Source: a virus (lineage: Duplodnaviria; Caudoviricetes). From it: a stretch of 40,602 bases of DNA. The stretch spans positions 1 through 40,602 of the IMG/VR virus record IMGVR_UViG_3300017747_002573; one strand, given 5' to 3'. Below the pieces are notes generated by a model. The model saw nothing but the letters and a program-made list of their open reading frames with translations, was not told the DNA's origin and ran no database searches. Position 1 is the first letter of the stretch. Each line of letters begins with the position of its first letter. Made by a program: the position numbers and the translations under genes. Shown here piece after piece: positions 34,709-40,602 of the stretch.

Positions 34709-35011
34709 ATGATCCAACGAATCACCAACCGCGTAATGCCCCCTGCCAGCTACGGGATCGCCGCCACCTACAAGGACTGGCTCCGGGTCAACCGGGAGCC
34801 TCTGTGGATGCGCTGGACGTGGGGCATGGAGAAGGGCACCCCTGAGTATACGGAAGCCGAGAAAGCATACGACGACCACTATGCGGGGCTGACAACGGAC
34901 TTTACCTACTACGCCGAAGTCCAGTTTGACCTGTACATGGACGGGCTGGAGGATCAGCCGACGTGGGATGAGGCAGTGGGGCCGATTGAGTTTTGGGGGA
35001 GTAAGGCATGA
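34709..35011 (+). CDS. Hypothetical protein
   Basis: GGAG RBS; coupled to a 34-aa TM ORF at 35008-35112. Confidence 0.6.
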   Translation: MIQRITNRVMPPASYGIAATYKDWLRVNREPLWMRWTWGMEKGTPEYTEAEKAYDDHYAGLTTDFTYYAEVQFDLYMDGLEDQPTWDEAVGPIEFWGSKA

Positions 35012-35104
35012 CCTTCCTCTACCTTTTCACCGCCCTTGAGGTTGCCTTGATCGGGGGCGGGTTGATGGCGATTATTGCGAAGGAAGTAAAGGAGTACCGC
35101 AACC

Positions 35105-35431
35105 GTGGATGAATTCAACAACCTGTTCGATACGAGCCGTTTCCTGAAAGTCATGGCCGATCTTGAGACCGGCAAGGACGAACCAGAGCCGCACCAGTTC
35201 AAGCGCACTGCCATCGTCAGCGGGATAGATCTGAATGATCCGGCCATTCGAGCGCAACTGCATGGACCCGGACCTTTCCACCTGGTTGCAAATCAAGTCA
35301 CGGACGCCGCGCTGTTCAAGGCGAAGGCAATTGCGATCTGCGAACAGTGGGAAAAGATTTGCAAGGACATACCAGACCGATATGCGGTCGCGTCGTCCAT
35401 CAAGCTTAAGATCATGGAAATCAATCCGTGA
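35105..35431 (+). CDS. Hypothetical protein
   Basis: AAGGAG RBS; GTG start. Confidence 0.55.
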   Translation: MDEFNNLFDTSRFLKVMADLETGKDEPEPHQFKRTAIVSGIDLNDPAIRAQLHGPGPFHLVANQVTDAALFKAKAIAICEQWEKICKDIPDRYAVASSIKLKIMEINP

Positions 35432-35640
35432 ACAAGCTATTCATCCTTGGCGCCTATGTGCAGGCCCCGCTAGTCCGTGAGACGAGGCTAGTCAGCGACC
35501 TGACCATGCCACAGGTGGGCGACCGTTACGACGAACCGGCCTACAAGCGCAACCCTGGCTACGTCCAGCACGCGAGGGACAGGTACAGGAAGCGCAAGCC
35601 GGGGAAGGTCTGCGCCTTTCTGAGAAAGCAGGCCGGTTAA
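35428..35640 (+). CDS. Hypothetical protein
   Basis: GTGA coupling; C-terminal AFLRKQAG. Confidence 0.55.
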   Translation: MNKLFILGAYVQAPLVRETRLVSDLTMPQVGDRYDEPAYKRNPGYVQHARDRYRKRKPGKVCAFLRKQAG

Positions 35641-35757
35641 TGAAATACAGCGCCGCCTATCACCGCCAGTACCGCCGCGACCGCAAGCGCGGGATTCTGC
35701 GCCGCGAAGTGAAGGCGCGGACGGCTGGCGATGTATCGAACGTGCCCTATGGAGTGA

Positions 35758-36015
35758 GTGAAGAATTCAAGCGATTCGCGCAAGCGAGGGTGTATGGATG
35801 AATTGACCATTGTCGCGCTACGGACTGCGGCTAACGCAATCCCGTCAGTACCTGAGCGGTTGACCGCAGATCAGGAATGGCGCGACTACAACGAGGATTT
35901 GGCCGCATTCTGGCGGCTGGCTTATTACTGGATTGAGTTCACGACCCGCTGCGGAATGTATGCGGACATTGACGAAGGAATGCAGATTATTTCCGAAGTC
36001 GAGGCGCGAACATGA
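35758..36015 (+). CDS. Hypothetical protein
   Basis: ORF in the early operon; the start may be the internal MDELT codon (GAGG RBS). Confidence 0.5.
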   Translation: MKNSSDSRKRGCMDELTIVALRTAANAIPSVPERLTADQEWRDYNEDLAAFWRLAYYWIEFTTRCGMYADIDEGMQIISEVEART

Positions 36016-36185
36016 GCGACTGGCGACAACAGGAAGAATGCGAAGAGCATCGATGGACCTTGGAACGGGGACTAGCCCGCATGGAGAAAGACGTGGAGCG
36101 CGGTTGGGCGCTACTCGAAGAGTTGGAAGCCGAAAAGCAGGCGGCTAAACCTGCACAACCTGAACTGGAGCATGAACATGACTGA
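36012..36185 (+). CDS. Hypothetical protein (57 aa, MSDWRQQEE..., not in ORF track)
   Basis: GAGG RBS and ATGA coupling. Confidence 0.5.
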   Translation: MSDWRQQEECEEHRWTLERGLARMEKDVERGWALLEELEAEKQAAKPAQPELEHEHD

Positions 36186-36591
36186 CATTAACGCAATGAC
36201 CTTTGACGCACTCGTACCCAGCAATTCCAAGTACCTGAGCAAGGGCGACGTTGGCGAGGATGGCCTAATCCTCACGATCAAGGGCTTCCGCATGGAGACT
36301 CTGAAGGGCGACGAAGGCGAAGAGGACAAGATGGTGATGCACTTCGTCGAGGACGTGAAACCGATGGTGGTTAACCGCACCAATGCCCAACTGATCGGCA
36401 TTGCAACGGGGGCCAGGAACGTCGGCGAGTCCAAGGGGAAACAGATTGTCGTTTACAACGATCCCACTGTGGGCTTTGGCGGCAAGGTAACGGGAGGCTT
36501 GCGCATCAAGCGGATCGCAGGCGCACCGAAACCCGCTGCGGGCCGTGCCGCTGTGGATGACCTCGGCGACCTCGGCGCACCGAACTGGTAA
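36172..36591 (+). CDS. Putative single-stranded DNA-binding protein
   Basis: SKYL...D, K.MV.N.TN, V.FGGK..GGLRI motifs; flexible tail with acidic residues ending in W. Confidence 0.5.
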   Translation: MNMTDINAMTFDALVPSNSKYLSKGDVGEDGLILTIKGFRMETLKGDEGEEDKMVMHFVEDVKPMVVNRTNAQLIGIATGARNVGESKGKQIVVYNDPTVGFGGKVTGGLRIKRIAGAPKPAAGRAAVDDLGDLGAPNW

Positions 36592-37013
36592 TGAAAGTTC
36601 TAGTCCGCAAGACCGTGCAAGGACTTCTAGCCCCAACCGACGAGGCTGGGGCGGAAGCCTTGAAGAAGTGGAAGGCCGGTGACGAACTATGGTGCGAGTT
36701 CAGGCTGGCCCGCTTCCCACGGCATCACAAGCTGTACTTTGCTTTGCTGACCATCGTTTACGAGAACCAAGAGCGATACACCAGCTTTGAAATGTTCCGC
36801 AAGGCCGTGCAAGTCGCGGCAGGGCATTTCGACATGATCTATACCGTCAACGGGGAAGGCGTTGTGTCCACGAAGTCCATCGACTACTCGTCACTGGATC
36901 AGGTGGAGTTTGACCGGGTATTCGGCGAAGTGATGCGGGTGTGTCTGGACAACTTCATGGAAGGCGTGGATGAGGCGGAACTGAGGGCTGAGGTGGAAAG
37001 ACATGCCGCGTAG
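36591..37013 (+). CDS. DUF1367/NinB-like protein
   Basis: L.P.DE, R...HHKLYFALL and KSI.Y..LDQ.EF...F motifs. Confidence 0.65.
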   Translation: MKVLVRKTVQGLLAPTDEAGAEALKKWKAGDELWCEFRLARFPRHHKLYFALLTIVYENQERYTSFEMFRKAVQVAAGHFDMIYTVNGEGVVSTKSIDYSSLDQVEFDRVFGEVMRVCLDNFMEGVDEAELRAEVERHAA

Positions 37014-37794
37014 TTACAACTTTAAATACGAAGATCGATTCTTGAGAAATGTTCTCATCGAGAAGAGCGGATGCTGGGCATGGACTGGCTCAATATTAGG
37101 GAACGGGTATGGCCGAATTTGGCACAAGAACAAAGCCAAGTTGGTTCATCGGTTTTCGTATGAATGGCATGTTGGGCCTATCCCGCCATCACTCCAGATA
37201 GATCATCTATGCCGGAACCGTGCTTGCTGCAATCCGGCACACCTGGAGGCCGTAACTGGCCGAGTCAATGTCCTTAGAGGGAATACGATTACTGCTGCCA
37301 ATTCAGTCAAGACGCACTGCAAGCGTGGCCATGAGCTTGCCGGGGCTAATGTCTATTTAAACGCTGGTCACCGCGTTTGCCGTGAATGCCAAAAGATGCA
37401 CCAGAAGGTTAGCCGTGATACGGACGAATACCGCGCAAAACACGCTGCTTATGAGCGGGAACGTCGCCACAGGAAGGAAGCGGCTGACGCAATGGCCGAG
37501 CGTGCGTCCATGTTGGACAAGCGAGCCGACAGCCTGCGCCAGTACCTGCTGCTCCAGTTTCAGTTCATGGGCAAGACCCGGGTGGAGCGCGGCCCGTTTG
37601 CGCTGGTACTCAAGAACAACCCGCAGTCGGTTGTCATTGACGACGAGGCCGCGTTGCCCGCCGTGTACATGATCCAACCGCCCGCCCCGCCGCCGACGCC
37701 GGACAAGAGGGCCATCGGCGCCGCGATCAAACTGGGCGTCGAGGTTCCAGGCTGTCACGCCGAGGTGTCGCAGCGTGTGGATATTGTGTTGTAG
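37003..37794 (+). CDS. HNH endonuclease fused in frame to the C-terminal half of a Siphovirus Gp157-family protein
   Basis: GCW.WTG...GYG...HR.SYE..VGPIP...IDHLCRNRACCNP.HLE.VT, KTHCKRGH, CREC; then RADSLRQYL...KNNP.SV.I.DE..LP...PDK.AI..AIK.G.EVPG. Confidence 0.8.
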   Translation: MPRSYNFKYEDRFLRNVLIEKSGCWAWTGSILGNGYGRIWHKNKAKLVHRFSYEWHVGPIPPSLQIDHLCRNRACCNPAHLEAVTGRVNVLRGNTITAANSVKTHCKRGHELAGANVYLNAGHRVCRECQKMHQKVSRDTDEYRAKHAAYERERRHRKEAADAMAERASMLDKRADSLRQYLLLQFQFMGKTRVERGPFALVLKNNPQSVVIDDEAALPAVYMIQPPAPPPTPDKRAIGAAIKLGVEVPGCHAEVSQRVDIVL

Positions 37795-37802
37795 GGGCGA
37801 CT

Positions 37803-38054
37803 ATGAATAAACAAGACGATAAAGCAGAAGCGCAGCGGAACAGAGTTCAATTGGAACTGGTAGGCCTGCGGCGGGCGACGGCGCATCTTGCGGCTGTAAA
37901 TCTTCTGCACGCTTTCGATACTAATAGCGGCATAGATTGGGCAAGGTTGTGCGTTGCGATGCAGTATGCTGGCGGGTTTGATGCCCTTAGAGCAGCGCAG
38001 AATATAAATGACGGAAATGATTCCAGTTACGTCAATACCAACATAGCCGACTGA
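37803..38054 (+). CDS. Hypothetical protein
   Basis: AGGGG RBS; somewhat AT-richer than its flanks. Confidence 0.45.
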   Translation: MNKQDDKAEAQRNRVQLELVGLRRATAHLAAVNLLHAFDTNSGIDWARLCVAMQYAGGFDALRAAQNINDGNDSSYVNTNIAD

Positions 38055-38070
38055 GATGGGGACTAACCCG

Positions 38071-38208
38071 ATGAGCTACTACAGGATGGCCGGTGCCGCG
38101 ATCGGATGCATTGGCTTTGGGGTGCTGGTCCTTTTCGCGGGAGCGCCCACCGCAATAGGCGTACTGCTGGCGATGTGGGGCAACAACGTTGAGCGGAGTG
38201 GCCGATGA
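38071..38208 (+). CDS. Small membrane protein (45 aa, not in ORF track)
   Basis: Hydrophobic, ends GVLLAMWGNNVER; ATGA coupling to the next gene. Confidence 0.5.
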   Translation: MSYYRMAGAAIGCIGFGVLVLFAGAPTAIGVLLAMWGNNVERSGR

Positions 38209-38402
38209 GAGATGAAACCATAACAGACTACGAGTTGGCGACAAGGTGGGGCGTGAGCACCCAAGCCCTGTACCAGCGCCGCCGCAAGAACCTTGGCCCG
38301 CCGTTCAAGATGGATGCCGGCGTGCCACGGTACAGGCTGGCGACGGTTGTGCAGTGGGAGCGCAAGGGCAAGCAGATCCTTCCGAGGAGGCGCAATGGCT
38401 AG
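38205..38402 (+). CDS. Excisionase/AlpA-like winged HTH protein
   Basis: ELATRWGVSTQALYQRR....GPPF.....PRYRL..V..WE motif. Confidence 0.75.
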   Translation: MRDETITDYELATRWGVSTQALYQRRRKNLGPPFKMDAGVPRYRLATVVQWERKGKQILPRRRNG

Positions 38403-38625
38403 GTTCAAGGACGTCAATTGGGAGCTGGTAAAGCTCCAGAATGGCTCAATACAATCATGGGAGCAGGCGCAGCTCGCCGTACTCATGGACATTCGAGACG
38501 AGATGAAGGCGCTTAATAAAACGCTGGCGTTCTACCGGGTGCAGAATATGGCCGACGCTATGATTCGAGCAGAGCGGCGAATGGCGAAGCACTGGCCGCT
38601 GCGGGATGTGAAGCGCAATGGATAG
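38395..38625 (+). CDS. Hypothetical protein
   Basis: GAGGAGG RBS before the ATG at 38395; LAVLMDIRDEMK.LN motif. Confidence 0.6.
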   Translation: MARFKDVNWELVKLQNGSIQSWEQAQLAVLMDIRDEMKALNKTLAFYRVQNMADAMIRAERRMAKHWPLRDVKRNG

Positions 38626-38764
38626 CCCCGCCTCGGTGCGTGCCTGCCGCTACTGCCACTGGTCGTCCAGCAAGTACGGATTCCTGTGGTGCACTCTGAG
38701 GCACTGCAATGCCGTGGAGCCGTGCGACAAGTTCGAGCGTGCGCCTGGGAGCGACGATGAGTGA
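38618..38764 (+). CDS. Small Cys-rich protein (48 aa, not in ORF track)
   Basis: CRYCHW...WC...C...CDKFERAPGSDDE; overlaps both neighbours. Confidence 0.5.
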   Translation: MDSPASVRACRYCHWSSSKYGFLWCTLRHCNAVEPCDKFERAPGSDDE

Positions 38765-39011
38765 GCAAGCATCCCGGTCTCAAGAGAAGAGGCCCGAGGA
38801 AATAACCGTGGTAGGGAACCAGCTAGAGACCAAGCTGGGTGATGGGTGGACCGTTTATGGCCGCATCTTAAATGACAGGTCTTTCGAGTGCTTCATCGTC
38901 AACAATGGAGTCGAGTACTCGTTTCGAGTTTATCAAGAGACTTGGATAGCGATACAGCGGATCTATCAGGCTCTTCAGTTTCAGAAAGAAGTAGCAGAGC
39001 TAAAATCATGA
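38757..39011 (+). CDS. Hypothetical protein
   Basis: GGGAG RBS before the ATG at 38757. Confidence 0.55.
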   Translation: MSEQASRSQEKRPEEITVVGNQLETKLGDGWTVYGRILNDRSFECFIVNNGVEYSFRVYQETWIAIQRIYQALQFQKEVAELKS

Positions 39012-39412
39012 GCAACCTGACCACAAACCCGGTATCCGCTGAACTGCGGACGCTGCGAAACGAAATAGTGGCCGACGATGACGGCTACGAATCCGACCAC
39101 ATGGCTTTGTGCCGCCGTGCCGCCGACGAACTCGACCGCCTCACCGCCGAGGTCGCCGAGCTGCGGCGGGAGCGGGATATGTGGTTACAGGTGTGGGACA
39201 ACGTGAAGCTAGACAAGCCCAACCTACGTGAGGACAACAAGCCACTGGCCGTCGCGGCTTGCTACGGCCTAATGAAGTTAGAAATGGATCGCATGAGAGA
39301 GGCGCTAGTCATGTCTGTAAATGCCATGCGGGAACCGTTCGATGGTTGGAAGGGTGAAGTTGAAGCCCTTGCGCTTGCCGCCGCCCGCACAGCATTGGGA
39401 GAACAGCCGTGA
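39008..39412 (+). CDS. Hypothetical coiled-coil early protein
   Basis: ATGA coupling; RRAADELDRL.AEVAELRR; ends ALGEQP. Confidence 0.6.
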   Translation: MSNLTTNPVSAELRTLRNEIVADDDGYESDHMALCRRAADELDRLTAEVAELRRERDMWLQVWDNVKLDKPNLREDNKPLAVAACYGLMKLEMDRMREALVMSVNAMREPFDGWKGEVEALALAAARTALGEQP

Positions 39413-39762
39413 CGCCTGAAAGACTGAGGGAGCTGGCGCGGGTGTGCGCCATGTGGCAGAACAACATCAATCCGTGGCAGTCAGTAAAAGAGATTGGCGA
39501 GGCCCTCCGCGCCTACGCCGCCCTGCTTGAGGCCAAGGAACCTCCAGAGGCGACAGGTCTTCAGGACAAGATCGCCCGCGCCTACGGCTATTTGTGGCAC
39601 GTCAACAATTCCGGCGTAGGTTTCCAGTTCTCTCCGGAGAAGGCCGCGCACATGGCTAGGCGGGTTCTGCGTGACACGCTTACCCACGAGCAGCGCGGGA
39701 ATGCCATCAACATGGCGGCCACGGAATTGTTCGAGATCATCAGGAATAGTCACCATGAGTGA
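39409..39762 (+). CDS. Hypothetical protein
   Basis: GTG start within the GGAGAACAGCCGTGA junction repeat. Confidence 0.6.
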   Translation: MTPERLRELARVCAMWQNNINPWQSVKEIGEALRAYAALLEAKEPPEATGLQDKIARAYGYLWHVNNSGVGFQFSPEKAAHMARRVLRDTLTHEQRGNAINMAATELFEIIRNSHHE

Positions 39763-40063
39763 GCAAAAAGACAGAACCGTAAACCACAGCCTATCAATGA
39801 TACTTGCGCGGGCTAAAAGCTCGGGGGCAGGTCGTCGGCTAGTTGGAGGCGAGTGGCTGTTCAGTCAAGACGAACTCGTGAGGTTTCACGATCTGCTAAT
39901 TGCCACTGGAATGGCAGAGGCAGCAACGCTGTGCGAGGGCGAAGCGGACGATTTTCGGCGAATGGCAAAAGGTGCGCCTAACCCGATGTACGACCACAAG
40001 GCCGATACAGCCCATGACCTTGCGGCACTGATCCGGGCGCACCAGCCGAGGGTGAGCAAATGA
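39755..40063 (+). CDS. Hypothetical protein
   Basis: AGGA RBS; GM.EAA.LCE...A..LAALIRA module. Confidence 0.55.
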   Translation: MSEQKDRTVNHSLSMILARAKSSGAGRRLVGGEWLFSQDELVRFHDLLIATGMAEAATLCEGEADDFRRMAKGAPNPMYDHKADTAHDLAALIRAHQPRVSK

Positions 40064-40521
40064 CAACATCCACAGTCTGGAAAGCGACTAATTCTTCATA
40101 CGGAGATACCTGCCACTTCGGGGACCATGCAGCCGCCGTGGCATGGGCGAGAGGCGGCGATGTCGTGCCGGTGGAAGTTCAGCACTACACGCCCCCTGCT
40201 CTGCATGTGCCGAGAACGGGTCTGCTTGCCGAGGCGGTTCGCATGATTCAAGGCTATCAACGCGCCGGCTGGCTTACTAACCCCGCCGCTGGCGAGCAAG
40301 CCAGAGACTTCATTGCGCGGGCCTCTATCGAACCGGGAAGCACTCACCCCGACACTACCCGCCTGAACTGGTGGTTCGTGAACGTAGTGTTTTCTGGCGA
40401 CGACGACGAAGAGGAGGGGGAGATTATCTACGAGGCCGCGCTATGCGAGACACCGGCTGAGTTTCGCAAGTTGATTGACGCCCATATGGGGGACCCGTCA
40501 ACGAATGGAGAACAGCCGTGA
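40060..40521 (+). CDS. Hypothetical protein
   Basis: ATGA coupling; HPDT.RL.W...R..ID..M module; ends GEQP. Confidence 0.6.
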   Translation: MTTSTVWKATNSSYGDTCHFGDHAAAVAWARGGDVVPVEVQHYTPPALHVPRTGLLAEAVRMIQGYQRAGWLTNPAAGEQARDFIARASIEPGSTHPDTTRLNWWFVNVVFSGDDDEEEGEIIYEAALCETPAEFRKLIDAHMGDPSTNGEQP

Positions 40522-40602
40522 AAGCGCTGCACATGGAAGATGACGGATTGAAGCCCTGCCCTTTCTGCGGCTGCGATGGCATTGAAGGGCCGTTCCCGCA
40601 CA
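40480..40602. repeat. Terminal direct repeat (copy 2), identical to 1-123
   Basis: Exact match to the window start. Confidence 0.95.

Noticed and set aside
38205-38402. Integration module next to the Xis-like gene
   Set aside because: No tyrosine (R-H-x-x-R-H-Y) or serine recombinase ORF of suitable size anywhere in the genome

Overview
This window is an apparently complete circular phage genome of about 40,479 bp: bases 1-123 recur at 40480-40602. It looks like a podovirus with P22-like virion architecture and a Gram-negative host, since it carries nested Rz/Rz1 spanins. Two divergent arms start at a back-to-back promoter region at about 34,253-34,372. The + arm (34.4 kb through the join to 3.07 kb) holds small early and accessory genes: an SSB-like protein, a DUF1367-like protein, an HNH-Gp157 fusion, an Xis-like HTH, a Lar-like protein and an ASCH-like protein. 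The - arm runs from a Cro-like HTH through the replication initiator, DnaB-like helicase, nin-like genes and a Q-like protein. It then passes a late promoter, leader and terminator into putative head-decoration genes, TerS/TerL, portal, scaffold, major capsid, tail and ejection proteins, and lysis. I recognised no integrase, CI-type repressor, DNA polymerase, tRNA or CRISPR array. Highlights: (1) A four-enzyme glycan cluster sits inside the head-tail operon directly after the capsid gene (GT29 sialyltransferase-like, TPR + GT-B protein glycosyltransferase-like, SAM methyltransferase, GT8/CDI-like), a candidate virion glycosylation system. (2) Six free-standing homing endonucleases are present, and at least two, probably three, carry a synonymously recoded duplicate of the gene junction they invaded. 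(3) The head-tail adaptor appears to start at a non-canonical ATC codon. (4) A near-perfect chromosomal parS site is present without any ParB. (5) Short junction repeats are shared among early-gene cassettes. All family calls come from motif recognition by eye; no database searches were run.
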